The notes under the pieces: model-generated
The model's input: only the letters and a program-made list of their open reading frames with translations
Database searches by the model: none
Told to the model about the DNA's origin: nothing
Part shown: piece by piece, positions 50,970 through 63,969 of the stretch
Layout of the letters: every line of letters starts with the position of its first letter
Numbering within the stretch: the stretch's first letter is position 1
Made by a program: the position numbers and the translations under genes
NCBI RefSeq assembly: GCF_001194135.2
Contig: NC_068990.1
Location: forward strand, 6,988,521-7,052,520
From: Octopus bimaculoides
Taxonomy: Eukaryota
Direction: 5' to 3'
Length of the DNA stretch: 64,000 nt

Positions 50970-51002
50970 ATTGACTCAAAATATCGGTACTTTTTCAGCT
51001 TG
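50970..51002 (+). CDS. DNAH5: Dynein heavy chain (DNAH5/8-like) 33-nt exon, IDSKYRYFFSL
   Basis: ttttattttattttcag|ATT ... TTG|gtaagt; phase 0/0; aligns with recalled DNAH5 [11 protein letters not shown]. Confidence 0.75.
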
Positions 51003-52129
51003 GTAAGTTTTAAATTACTCTTTTGTACAAATTTAAATGACATTTGAACCCCCACTCTCTCTCTCTATTTGTCATTCTACTTCTGTCTTCATCTTTCAGT
51101 CTGTCTCTCTATTTCTTTCATTTACACATGCACATGTGTGTGCATGCACACACACATACATTTATTTATGTAGCACAGAACCAAGGAAACTGGTGATGTG
51201 CATCATCAAGTGTCATGCTTATTAGTAAAAGTTAATATTCTGTTGGGAGTAGAGTTTTTTTTTTTTATGTTTCGGACAAAGCCTTTCTTTAGGATTTGAG
51301 ATACAAGAAAAAACAAAAAGAAAAGAAAGCTGGAAGTCGCAAGAGAGAGAAATATAAGAGAAGCAGAAAGAAAGAAAAGGCAAGGAAAAGAGAGACAAAT
51401 TAAAGTGCAAGAGAAAGATGAAGAGAAAGATGAAGAGAAAGATGAAGAGAAACATTGTTAGAACGAAGTGGAGAGAAAATTAGAAAGGCGAGCTAAAGGA
51501 TAAAGTAGTAGTCATTATACTAAGAAGAGTGCAGAAGTGAAATGAGAACTGCTTAATTAGACCAAATGAAACCAATCAGTGCTGTGTTCCTTAGGCTGAA
51601 TGTGGCACTTTTTTTTCTCTTTTTGTTTTTTTAATTTCTTTGTCTTTTAGTATATGAATCCATAGTGTGTAGAAATGCTGGACACTGATAAATGGTTAAT
51701 GAATTGGCCCCTTGAGTTGAAGTGACTGGCCTGGGATACATAGTAGAATACAATGAATGTGCTTGTGAAAGCCAACTGCAAAGTGACAGCCTGTTTCATT
51801 AATATAAAGAGTACCACAAAATTGACAATTGATACTGTAGATGATCTTGGTAGATGTGTTGTGGAAGCATTTCCTATGAAGTTATATAATGTAACTTGGG
51901 GCTGGTGATAGTTCTGACACTAATGATATAGAGCTAAGTGTTGCACTGCAGTAAATGTAATTAGATGTGCTGGGTGTTGTGTGGCTAAGGACCGAGAGCT
52001 TCTAAGGGGTTGTGAAGATTCTTAACTTTCTTAAAGGCAAGGAGAGATGATAGGGAAAAGATGAGTGATTGGGTCAAAGAGTAGGATGTGGAAGTTGTGG
52101 GTGAGTGTTTCAATGAGAAGATGGATGCG

Positions 52130-52329
52130 GTGAAGGAAAGTAGAGTCAGGTCAGATGAAGGAAAATAGAGTCAGGTCAGATGAAGGAAAGTAGAGTCAGG
52201 TCAGATGAAGGAAAATAGAGTCAGGTCAGATGAAGGAAAGTAGAGTCAGGTCAGATGAAGGAAAGTAGAGTCAGGTCAGATGAAGGAAAGTAGAGTCAGG
52301 TCAGATGAAGGAAAATAGAGTCAGGTCAG
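52130..52329. repeat. Minisatellite, 8 x 25 bp
   Basis: Unit atgaaggaaaRtagagtcaggtcag. Confidence 0.95.
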
Positions 52330-53080
52330 TAAGTGTGCACAGAAAGAGTAGGAGAATAGTGGCACAGTTTATGGTCTGGTCCCAGTTGAGTACAGGATTC
52401 ATCACTTATCAAGGGTACTCCTCACTTAAGGAAGAAATGTCACATTTTTTGGAACTGAATCGATGCTACAAATTCAACAAAGATGGAAGAATTAGGAGAA
52501 AGGTATAGCAGGTCTGGTGTATTTGGGGTGAGGCACAAGACCCAAGCCACCTCATGTTGCACTGTATAGTCATTTTGATCCTTGATAAATAGCAAACAAT
52601 CCATGAAGCAAGTAGAGTATATGTGTATATATATATATATTAATAGGACTTGAGTGTATATTTAAAGATATAAAAGAAACATTAGACAAAACAACAACTT
52701 AGATTAGTTGTATTTGCTGTGACTCAAGAAGGTCTGAGTATGTTTTTTCTAATATGTTTATCAAATTAAGAATTGATTAAAAATTTGTAATGCTACCTGA
52801 AAAATAAGTATGACGTCAAAAAAAAAGACAAAGTAAATTGGAGATAAAAAAATAAGAGGGTAAGATGTTTATGATAAATAGAAAGTGTACAGAAATGCGA
52901 GAAATATATTTATGAAAAAAGTAAGGAAGAGCAGTGATAGAAATGATAGTAGGGACTAGGGTACAGAAAGGCTCAACAGGCTGACTTTGGGAAAGAGCGA
53001 GTTGACACGAAAAGGTACCGCCTCTCTGTGAGCTGGAAAATAGGAGACTGCTGTATCCCCATATACCCACCATTTATATC

Positions 53081-53121
<41 letters not shown>

Positions 53122-53159
53122 AAGAGAGAAAGAGAGAGAGCATACAATATCTAAAGCAA

Positions 53160-53390
53160 GCTAAATTAAGTTAAAGGCAGCAAGGTCACGAAGGAGACAA
53201 CTCAGTAAACTCAGGAGTTGACAATGAGGTGATCAGAGCAACAGCATACAATTTTAGAAAGGCATTTGATGATAAGGACCCAAATATTCTCACTGATACT
53301 GCTGGAGTACCACCATCCAATACTGCTGAGACATTTATTCCATCTTTAGTATTTGATGGAGGAGAAAGTTTGATAACAAACAGACAAAGA
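53160..53390 (+). mobile_element. CR1/L2-type LINE RT fragment
   Basis: QQG...YNFRKAFDDKDPNIL...LITNRQR corresponds to the RT QHGF / DFRKAFD.VDHNIL / LTNRQQ motifs. Confidence 0.5.
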
Positions 53391-53401
53391 AGTCTGGTGC
53401 A

Positions 53402-53574
53402 GGCTCCTGCCTAGCCGGCTCCTGCCAAGCCGGCTCCTGCCAAGCCGGCTCCTGCCTAGCCGGCTCCTGCCAAGCCGGCTCCTGCCTAGCCGGCTCCTGC
53501 CAAGCCGGCTCCTGCCAAGCCGGCTCCTGCCAAGCCGGCTCCTGCCAAGCCGGCTCCTGCCTAGCCGGCTCCTG
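53402..53574. repeat. Minisatellite, 11 x 15 bp, inside an RTE tail
   Basis: Unit ggctcctgccWagcc. Confidence 0.95.
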
Positions 53575-54094
53575 TCAAACTGTCCAACCCATACCAGCAT
53601 GGAAGGTGAACACTGTAACAACTAAACTTCAATTCCTTACAGTGTTGTAACTTGCCTAGTTTTCCAACATTGATGAAATAACATAGCTTCTGACATATCA
53701 TCCCATGGTCTACTTGCAAAGTCTAAGTATATACATCTACATTTGACCAGTTCAGAATGCACTTCAAAATATGGTTGTAGATGATGGGAGTACTGAAATG
53801 TATTTTATATGTGAGGTGCCAATATATAATCTTCTAACACTGTTTCTCTGATAGAAAGGATTTAATAAATAAATGTATGTCCTTTTATTCAAATATTTTT
53901 TTAGTTGTATTTCAAATGGAAAACTGATGATAACCTCCATACCTAACTAAACAACTGAGCTTTGATCTCCATCATTCATTATTACATATTTTTATTATTG
54001 TACAGTTTCCTTTAGAGTGTAATGTTATATGTGTCTATATGTTACATATTTAATTAAATCACAACTATTATCATAATATTCATATTTAACTACG

Positions 54095-54568
54095 TAAACT
54101 CCTCCGCTTGCGAAGACCTGTTGAGGCAAGTGAAATCGAAATCGAACTAAATTCGATGACTTGCACCCATGCCAATGTTGTCTCCTTCATTGGACACTAA
54201 ACTCGGCTTGCGAAGACCTGTTGGGGCAAGCGAAAGTAAAATCGTGATGGCACCTGTGCCCCGGCAAGATCGTTGCCAGTGCTGCTGGGCTGGCTCCGGT
54301 GCAGGTGGCATGTAAAATACACCATTTTGAGCATGGTTGTTGCCAGTACCACCTGACTGGCTTTCGTGCCGGTGGCACTTAAAAGCACCCACTACACTCT
54401 CGGAGTGGTTGGCGTTAAGAAGGGCATCCAGCTGTAGAAACTCTGCTAAACCAGATTGGAAGGGCATCCAGCTGCAGAAACTCTGCTAAATCAGATTGTA
54501 GCCATCTGGTTCACCAGTCCTCAGTCAAATCAGCCAACCCATGCTAGCATGGAAAGCAGACGTTAAAC

Positions 54569-54614
<46 letters not shown>
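54095..54614 (+). mobile_element. RTE LINE 3'UTR, same family
   Basis: Colinear with 38400-38969; long (GAT)n tail; 40-bp tandem duplication at 54419-54498. Confidence 0.9.
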
Positions 54615-55272
54615 TAAATCCACATTGTACAGATATAAATTTACCCAGTTACGTAATTCTCATTCTAATCTTACTGATCCTACTGATTAAAACTTAGCAA
54701 TTGAGAAGGTAATTGGTTGAATGTTTGTAAGTTTATTAGAGTCATTCATTGTGTACTGTATTTTCTGGTATCAGTTTTAATAATGCATAAAAGAATCACA
54801 CTTTCTTCTTCATTTCAAATATGCTTATGAAGCCATTTTCATCACTTCCTTATTTCTTTGAGGGATATCAGAAATACATTTGCTTTAATATATATTTCAA
54901 TAACTTTTCACTCAATTTGTCTGTAATTGATTAATTATATTATCTGTGATTGAAATTTCCACAAAAGCAGTATTAATTAACACAATTTTTGAAGTCAGAT
55001 ATTAATGTATAGAAGTCTAATGCGTAATTATATTTTCTTTATTTTGTTACATTTCATTATCTTCATGTCTGTTTTCCTGTTTTGCCATATTTTAACTGAA
55101 ATATAAAAGAAAAATTGCTATTTTAGGTATGGAAGGTGTATATTAAATGGTATTTAATTACCTCAGTTAATAAGAAATGTTGTTATTGTTTATCTTTTCT
55201 TTTGGAAATTATTTCAACAGTGGAACAGGAAGAGAATTACATAATAATAAATGATAAATGACAAAATAAATA

Positions 55273-55423
55273 ATATTTCAGATCAGCTTCACAGGGGCTT
55301 GTAAAACAAAATCTGAAGTGTATTTTATCTCTAAAATTAAATTACCCCTGTATCAATCACAAAATATTGGTTCCCTAAATATAAATTTATGCTCTGCAAA
55401 TTTGATAAATGCCAATATCCAAG

Positions 55424-55511
<88 letters not shown>

Positions 55512-55715
55512 TAAAGAAACCCATGAATTCCATTTATTATATATATATATATATGCCCTTAGATACTGGCGTTTATTAGATTTGCTTAGCATAAATTTAC
55601 AGTTAGGAAACCAATATTTTGTGATTGAAACCGGGGTAATTTAATTTTAGAGATAAAAATACACTTCTGATTTATCTGCTGTTTTACAAGCCTCTATGAA
55701 GCTGATCTGAAATAT
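55273..55715. repeat. Inverted repeat, arms of about 155-160 bp around (TA)n
   Basis: 55273-55427 is the inverted homologue of 55554-55715. Confidence 0.85.
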
Positions 55716-55912
55716 GATATATTCTGTTATTTCTTATTTATTATAATATTATTCTACTGCATATACTTGACAAATACTGTGGAATTCCTGAGGTAGATCC
55801 AGTGGCATTTATATCAATACCGTGGATGATAGCAGGTTGCCATAGACAACGAGTGTGCTTTAATCAGCATACTACCAGGTGTACACCCAAGCTTTAATTA
55901 GCTACTTGTATG

Positions 55913-55961
<49 letters not shown>

Positions 55962-57694
55962 GGTGTGGACAGTATTTGAGGACGTGTATTTTTAGTCATT
56001 ATTCTGTTTGACTAGCTTTTATTGAACTTCTATCTCAGAAAATAACAATGACAGGCCCTATGCTCACTAATTAAATGTAAAGGCATGTTGGGATTGTGGC
56101 TTTGAAGGCTAAGCTTGGTGATTTAGAAACTTCTCATTTTCTGAAAGTTACATAATCTTTTGTACACAAAATCTGGTGTGAGTTAGAGAAGGAAGATGGA
56201 AGCATATTAGCTGTATCAGAATGTACAAAACATTCCAAATGTTCTGATTCCTTCAGGACGTTAAGCCAAACCAGCACAGGGACCCAGTCAGGTGGCTCTG
56301 GCAGCGACCCATGTATGAATAGTGCTTATTGTGTGCCACCAGCACTGGTATTGGTCACAACTACAATTTCCATTTGATTGTGATGTGATTTGATTTTGAT
56401 TTTGATCTTGGTTTACTTGACTCAATATGTCTCCTCAAGCATGGTATACATGTTTATTAATATAAAATGACATAGAAATAGAATATATTCCATATATCAG
56501 CTTAATATAACAATCCCTCCTTCCAAGTGCAATTGGGATTTACAAAACAAAATTAGGATCAAGTCAAATTTGACAGGAAAGGAGGTGTAGTCAGAAGGGT
56601 CAGCTATATTGCATTGTTGATACCTTTTTCATTGAATTGTAAATAAAACTAAAACAAGAATTCAAGGTGAATTGAACTGAAAATGTAGTGGGAGAAAATT
56701 AAATGCTTAAATTTGATGATTTCTTATTTTCACCGCACTTTAGATTAGTTAAGCCTAATTAAGTACATTCAATCAAAAAAAATTCATTTATTAAGTATTT
56801 TCTTAAGTGCTAGATGCTTCTGCTTGGTTAACAAGTGCTGTGAAGACTATGAATTTTAAGTTCAATTTGTGAAGGAAGTTGCATATTCAAATTACATTAA
56901 CATAATACTTTATCAGTACCAGGCAAAATAAAATTTTCTCTGATCCAACTATATCGACTGTTTGCATTGATATTTGAAGCACAAATTAAAAAAAAAAACA
57001 TAACTTAGCAGAGTTTATCAATTTTTATCTCAGAACAGTTTTACTCTAGTTTAACTGTATTTTTAATGTGAATACTAGCAACATAGACATTTTAATTTAA
57101 TGATAACAAGATTTATGATTTGAAATGGTAATATCTTTTTAAATCATTTAAACTAGAAATTTAAAGAAATCAGTAAAAGCTACAAAATTACAAACAGAAA
57201 AGAAAATATAGTTTCTAAGGTACATATATGTGTCTGTGTCTATGTATATCTATTTATATAATTCAATCTATCAGGTTTGAATATCTAGTCAGTTTATTTT
57301 GGAATTATAGTAATGATATTGAAATTAAAGATTACTGGAAATCTTTCAATTGTGAAACAAATTTACTTCTTTATTAATGTTAATTATGCTGAATTAAGAG
57401 TAAATTAGCTGTCTGAGCATGAAACTAGAAACAAATTATGTTCATTAAGATAATTTAAAAACATATCTTATGAATGAAAATATTCTCAGGTTAACACTTC
57501 TTTGATATGAAAACTATTTTAAAGTTTTGTCAATGATAGTCCAACACATTTTAAATATCCTCAATACAAATAATCTGAAATGCAATGCCCAGTTAATTGT
57601 AATTGGTTAATAAAATCAGTCTTGCATAACTTACACATAATTACCTGCTGCAAATATTAGATAAGCACCTTTAGAAATCTTTTACTTGTTTCCC

Positions 57695-57763
57695 AGACCC
57701 CAGTCAAACTGTCCAACCCATGCTAGCGTGGAAAACGGACGTTAAACGATGATGATGATGATG
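57695..57763 (+). mobile_element. RTE tail remnant
   Basis: cagtcaaactgtccaacccatgctagcgtggaaaacggacgttaaac(gat)n. Confidence 0.8.
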
Positions 57764-57986
57764 GTTTCTCTATGAAAGCATGTAAATCAGCATCAGTATG
57801 ATTTTTAATTTGATGGCATGAAATTTTACATAATGCTATTGTTATAATTTTTCTAATTTCAGTAGAAATACAGTTATACCATTTTATAGGAAGTCTGCAC
57901 CCTTAGAAAATGTATATTAAAGAGTTTATGTTGAAGATACTTTATATTAATGTATATATTTTTCATTTTCGCTTTCTTTTATTCAG

Positions 57987-58049
57987 ATAGCAGAAGTATT
58001 GAATTTGGAGACAGAATTTATTGAGAATTGTGTTGTTGCTGATGAAAAG
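57987..58049 (+). CDS. DNAH5: Dynein heavy chain (DNAH5/8-like) exon, IAEVLNLETEFIENCVVADEK
   Basis: ctttcttttattcag|ATA ... AAG|gtattt; 63 nt, phase 0/0; aligns without gaps to recalled DNAH5 [21 protein letters not shown]. Confidence 0.75.
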
Positions 58050-58199
58050 GTATTTTCTTATTTTGATGTCAGACACACAACTAATATATTTGTAATTTCA
58101 TTGAATCAAGCATTAACTATTACTCACAACTCAAATCCTATTCCCATCAAAGTGTAATCCATCAGAAGTCAAGTTGGCAGCCAAATTCAATCCTATCAG

Positions 58200-58480
58200 A
58201 ATATGTTTGGTAATTTAGTCTGCTCAATAGCCTGAGCTGTTTGGCTGCCAGCTCTGCTCAGTAATCTAGCAAACTCAACACCTTAATCTGTTCAGTGACC
58301 TATTCTGCTTAGCAACTTAATCAGTTCAGCAAGTGACTCTGCTTAACCACCATATTTGTTCAGCAAGTGAGTGACTGGCAACGTATTCTGCTTGATAATC
58401 TATTCTGACCAGCAATTTACTCTGTCTAGTAACCTTGTCTGATCAATGAGTCAGACCAATATTTAAATCTGATCAGTTAC
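58200..58480. repeat. Degenerate minisatellite, ~15-16 bp period
   Basis: Recurrent tctgctcag/tctgttcag/tctgcttag cores. Confidence 0.55.
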
Positions 58481-59696
58481 TAATTACATGAACTGATAGA
58501 CTGCGCAAGTATTATTAGAATTGCATTAGCAAAGACAGATTGGCATCAGTTTTGTCCTAATATCACATCATTCACTTGAGAAAGGCATGAACATTACACA
58601 TCTTCAGCTGTATTTCCTGTTAAAATAACAGAAGGTTATAATGAAAATTATTAACTATTATGAATTATTTATTCAATGCAAGTTTGATCAATTTTCATTT
58701 TAACATACATGAGGAAGTACAGGCTAGGATAATATATACAGTATCAAAGAGACATCTTATTGTATATGTTGAGTTCAAATCTGGTTAGGATTAACAAAAT
58801 AAACTTATTTTATTCAACTAATTAAACCTCCTTAAGATACTAATTTTATAAGAACAAAATTTGTGGCTACTAGATGAAGGCATGTAAACCAATACTTCAG
58901 CATAATTTTAAACTTTGATTCTATAAAGTTGTGCATACCGTTATTGCTTATCATTATTATTTTTATACAGACATTATGAACAGGTACTATTTTTACTACA
59001 TGTCTATCCCATTAGAAAATGTACATAAAAAATATTATGTTGATATTAATGTTAAAAAAAAAAAAGGAAAGCATAGGAAAAGAAATAATGAAAGACAATT
59101 ATTCTGAGCACAATACAAAGAAACAACCAGAATATCTATCTGCATAGTCAGCTTCATTAGCACTATTGTTATCATTAGCAGAGTCATCCTTAATACTTTC
59201 ATAACTTTAGTTTATATAGCAACAGTTGTTTCAGTTCAAGTAATAATCGACCTCTAAAATCAATCAAGAGGCATCAAGATAGAATGCTTACTTTTACCTA
59301 CATTTTTGAAATGCAGTGGTAGACAGATTTTGTTTAATGATAAAAAAGATTTGTTATTTTTAATTATGTTAATAGGAATACATAGCTAGGATTTAATTGA
59401 CACGCAATGCTAAATAGCTTTCAAGGATAATAATTTACTTGGTTTTAAAAATAATTACTCTATCCTTCTTGTGTTTAGAGATCATTTGTAACGTCTCAAA
59501 GAACATCAAGATGTCTTCTTTTAATTGTCTCTGTCTGACTTATGATAGAAACATCAAAATAAAAGCATATAGGTATGCTTCCACCTTCCCTCAATATGAA
59601 ATCTATGAAAATGGGAAAGAATGTGTTTGAAATGAACTTCAAATATTCCATAATTTGAAACCATATGTATTTTAAAATACTATCACGAAATATCAT

Positions 59697-59900
59697 TTAA
59701 TGTCCATTTTCCATACTGGCATGAGTTGGATGGCTTGACAGGAACTGGTAAGGTCAGGGGGCTGCACCAGGTTCTACAGTCTGTTTTGGTTGATGATTAC
59801 AGTTGGATGCCCTTCCTAATGCCAACCACTTTAGTGAGTGTACTGGGTACTTTCTACATGGCACCATCACCAGTGTATTTTATGTGGCACCAGCACCTAA
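59697..59900 (-). mobile_element. RTE tail fragment
   Basis: Reverse complement of the family tail (ccattttccatactggcatgagttggatgg). Confidence 0.75.
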
Positions 59901-60698
59901 TCATTTGTAAAAGAAATTGTGGTTATGTTATGCAAATGTTGAATAATGAATAATTATAACAAGCTGAGGAGAAAACATTATCTTCAACAATATTAATAGC
60001 ACCTAACATTTTTATATACATAATGTACAGTTTGTTGCATACATGTTATGTATGTAAATTAATAAGTAATGAAATTGTAAACAGATAAGAGCTGAGATAT
60101 CACATATAGGCATAAGATATAGCCTGCAGTTACAACAAGAATAATTTCTGAGAGATAAAGCTGAAGAATAAAAAATATTTTTTTATACATAGGTTTAACG
60201 ACACACAGCATTTAGCTGCAGTAAGAAAAGTCCCTACAGAGAGCAGAAATCCAGGGCTTTTATAAACTTGCTAAAATGTTCTTAAGTTAAACTTTTCTCT
60301 TGGTCTGTCAACACTTATCAAAAACTGATACCAAAGATGATTGACTGATAAAAATATCAGTAAATATCATACAGAGTTTAGGAATACAGCTAAATTTAAA
60401 TATGGTCAACATTACCAAATATAGTAATATTACTTGTCAGTAGTATTGATTTTTAAATTTAAATATTTCAGATTTGAGTTGGAAAAGGGCTGTCTGCTAC
60501 AAGACATTAATTGTTGTATAGTTTTGAATAGGACTCAATTTAATGACTGAAACCGGTGGAAGGCAAAAAATAAAGCTGCCTATGGAATTTCCATTTAAGT
60601 AAATTTCACTACAAATATTTCTCCTTGGAAATATTGAAAGGAATTTCCACATTGAACCCAAAACAAATAAAACAAATATCAATATACTTAGCAACAGT

Positions 60699-60914
60699 AA
60701 AGGAGTGAACTGGCGGAATTGTTAGCACACCAGGGAAAATGCTTAGGGGCATTTCGTCTGTCTTCCCATTTTGAGTTCAAATTCTGCCGAGGTTGGCTTT
60801 GCCTTTCATCCTTTTGAGGTTAATAGAATTTAGTATTAGTTGAGTACTGGGATTGATGCAATCAACTTAACCCCTCCCCCCGAAATTGCTGGTCATGTGC
60901 CAAAATTTGAAATC
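60699..60914 (+). mobile_element. SINE family B
   Basis: gaactggcggaattgttagcacacc ... gtgccaaaatttgaaatc. Confidence 0.8.
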
Positions 60915-60984
60915 AATATACTTAGCAACTGTAAATAAGAGATAAGGAGATGATAGTTCATATTACCTTATAATTATATATGTG

Positions 60985-61320
60985 AAGGTGCACAGCTCAG
61001 TGGTTAAAGTGTTGGGCTCACAACCATGAGGTAGTGAGTTTGATTCCTGGACCAGGCTCTGTGTTGAGCTCTTCTTGAGCAAGACGCTTTATTTCATGTT
61101 GTTCCAGTTGACTCTGCTGTAGAAATGAGCTGCAACATCACTGGTGCCAAGCTATATCAGCCTTTGCCTTTCCCTTGGATAACATCAATGGCATGGAGAC
61201 GGAAGGCTGGTATGCTTGGGTAACAAGTGATCTTCCATACATAATCTTTCCTGGACTTGTTTCTCAGAGGGTAACTTTCTAGGGGCAATCCCATGGTCAT
61301 TCATGACTAAACAGGGTCTT
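60985..61320 (+). mobile_element. tRNA-derived SINE family D
   Basis: cagctcagtggttaaag A box, gagtttgattcc B box, ttgagcaagac central motif. Confidence 0.65.
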
Positions 61321-62729
61321 TTACACTTTATAAATATATATTTACATTTTAATGTTTTTTTTTGTAAACCACAATCCTAAATGTTTCGTACTTTGCTGTA
61401 GATATTTTTTCTTCTTTCTTTAACTGTTTAACTTCACATTTTTTCCTTTCTATCATCTCACATTCATCTCTATTCTATTCTATTTCCTCCACTTTTTATA
61501 ATTTCTTCCTTTCATTTTCGTAAAAGAATAGTATAGAAAATAAATAAACTACACGTGACTAATGCAAAACCATTGAGGTGTAAAATAACAATTTAAACTA
61601 ATGTGATTTTAGACAAATGATTTCTATCATAACAATGATATGATAGACAATATTTAGTTAAAATATCATTGGTTTGAAAGTTAAGCTTGGCTATACCAAT
61701 ACTGAGGGTTTTTTGTTTATTGGTTTAACAACTCTTTTAAAATTGGTTTTGGTAAACCTCTTATTAATTCTGCTAATTGTAACCAACTTTTTTTAATTTT
61801 TGCATTCTTACATTTCATGCTGAAAGGTTGACTCGCTGGAGGAAAACTATTTTATTTCTTGGGTGTTGCTAATTATTTGAGATTATAATTTATTTGATAT
61901 CAAGTAATGCCATTGTATGCAATTACATGTTCACTGATAATACTCTTCCTTCTTAAACATTTGGCCAAACTGCACCTTTGTGTGTGTGTGTGTGTGTGTG
62001 TGTGCATGTCCATGTGTGCATGTCCATGTGTGTTTATCACATCAAAGAATGAACTGACACTTATGATATATCAAAACCCTTCTTATCAATGCACCACAAG
62101 AATGTAAACTTGATAGCAAGCTACAAATAACCAATGTAATTTACTGATTCAACAGTAAAAGTGGAAGTTGTAAATTTCATGGTTCTAACATATACCTGTA
62201 TTTGGTGGCTGTCTCTTCCTTGCAGAGCTTGACCTCTTCTTGTACTGATAATTGCTTTTTTCATAGTGTGGGATCTTAAATGACTTTTGAGCTCCAAGTG
62301 TGTTTGAAGAGCTGATCTTCAAATACTGCAGCAATGTCTCATTTCAGCACTGGCTTCCATTTTCTGCTTGTTTATTGTGAATGTTCAAGTGCTGCTTCAA
62401 TCCTGTACATTATCTGCAGGTTTATTTTGACAAAAATGACATTGAAACTGGTCATCTGAAATGAAGTTCCAACAGTTCGTGTTTGCCTTACCTGCTTGGG
62501 TTCACTGGTGCAGTCTTATACCAACATGAGATATGCGTACTTTTGTGCATAAGAACATTTTAAAGAAACAATAAGAAACACTCAAAACGATATTAATATT
62601 AATCTCATTTTTATGAACTGTTCTTTTCATTTCAGTATGCTTAACTCTATCAAGTTCACTAATTTAACTAATTTAAGGCATTTCAAATTTGATTTCAAAG
62701 TATATTTGTATCTTTACTTTAGCTTACTA

Positions 62730-63200
62730 TTTTCACTCTTTCCCAGTATAAGCTCACCATGAAGCATTTTTTGTTGGGTACACTCATCATCCATATGGAT
62801 GAGATGGCCTGTTCATTGTAGTTGATTCTTGATAAACATAACTGAGAATGATGTGGTCTTAGCTTCAGCAAGAAAACTCAGTACCAGGAATTGGTGAGAA
62901 CTAGCTTATACTGAGTATGTGGCAGAGGAATTTCTGATGAAAGCTTTCCAACATTTTTACATGACACTTGCATATTATTCAAGTTTCAGAAGAATACACC
63001 AGTGCAGAGTGAACAAATAAGGCATATTCCATGATCTTAGTATCAGTTTTGATATGGAGCTGTGACTAGATTCTAGGCTTTTGCTGCCTTTTCAATATGC
63101 AAGGTGATTTCTGCATCTAGGTTTCCAGATATTCAGAAGAAGTCTCCACTTTAAGCACTGTACTCTTAACCAGTATCTGAGGTGCATTGAATTGTTCTCC
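62730..63200 (-). mobile_element. Decayed RTE LINE, post-RT region
   Basis: Minus frame TKIMEYALFVHSALVYSSET*...LESFHQKFLCHILSI, with stops. Confidence 0.6.
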
Positions 63201-63533
63201 AGGGGTAGATTGATGCATTACAACAGTTTTAATTTTTTTTCCAATGAATTGTGAGGCCAAATATATCACATGAAAAATCGAATGTACTAATTAGGCTTCA
63301 AAAATTACATCCAATTTTATTTTATATTCCTTACTTTTATATACTTTAATATACTATGATATTATTGTTACTTCATTTTTTATTTTCATTTTATGTCATT
63401 ATTTTATAACTCTGATACAATATCAGGTCCCTCATACATACATAAGTCATATATATGTATGATTTGTGTATATATGTATGTATGTACATATATATATATA
63501 TATTTATACATACAAATATGTATGTGTGTGTAT

Positions 63534-63579
<46 letters not shown>

Positions 63580-63690
63580 AAATACATAACAAACAAAAAT
63601 CAATATCAATGTTACCTCAAATATTAATTTTGCACACACACAAGCATATATAAACACGTGTATGTGTGTGTACATTTGTGTGCATGTATA

Positions 63691-63904
63691 GGAGGGAGTG
63701 CTGAAAAGTTCTTGGCTTTTGGGTAAAAAAAAATAAAGGAGGATCAGTTATGATTTTATTCAACATATTCCTCTCTCAGATTCAAACACTTATTGTAACA
63801 GTCCTTCAGTTTTTCTAAGCCCTGTAAAAAAAACTTGGAAGATTGGGCCTCCAGTCAGGCCTTTGCAGTACCCTTAAAGCCAGGACATTTTCAGCACCCC
63901 CTTG
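63691..63904. mobile_element. mariner-derived MITE
   Basis: TA|ggagggagtgctgaaaagttcttggc ... gccaggacattttcagcacccccttg|TA; imperfect TIRs of about 35 bp. Confidence 0.8.
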
Positions 63905-63969
63905 TATGTGTTTGTATATAGGATTGTTCCTCTAAAATACAATGATATTGCTTTAATTCTCTTTTCTAG

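Noticed and set aside
53175-53414. 80-codon open frame as an additional dynein exon
   Set aside because: No polypyrimidine acceptor; the motifs match LINE reverse transcriptase (KAFD).
52130-53574. 25-bp and 15-bp arrays as CRISPR-like loci
   Set aside because: Units are contiguous with no unique spacers, there are no cas genes, and the context is eukaryotic.
53346-53621. RSRLG-repeat ORF as an RS-domain protein
   Set aside because: It is the antisense reading of the 15-bp minisatellite inside an RTE tail; no splice or homology support.
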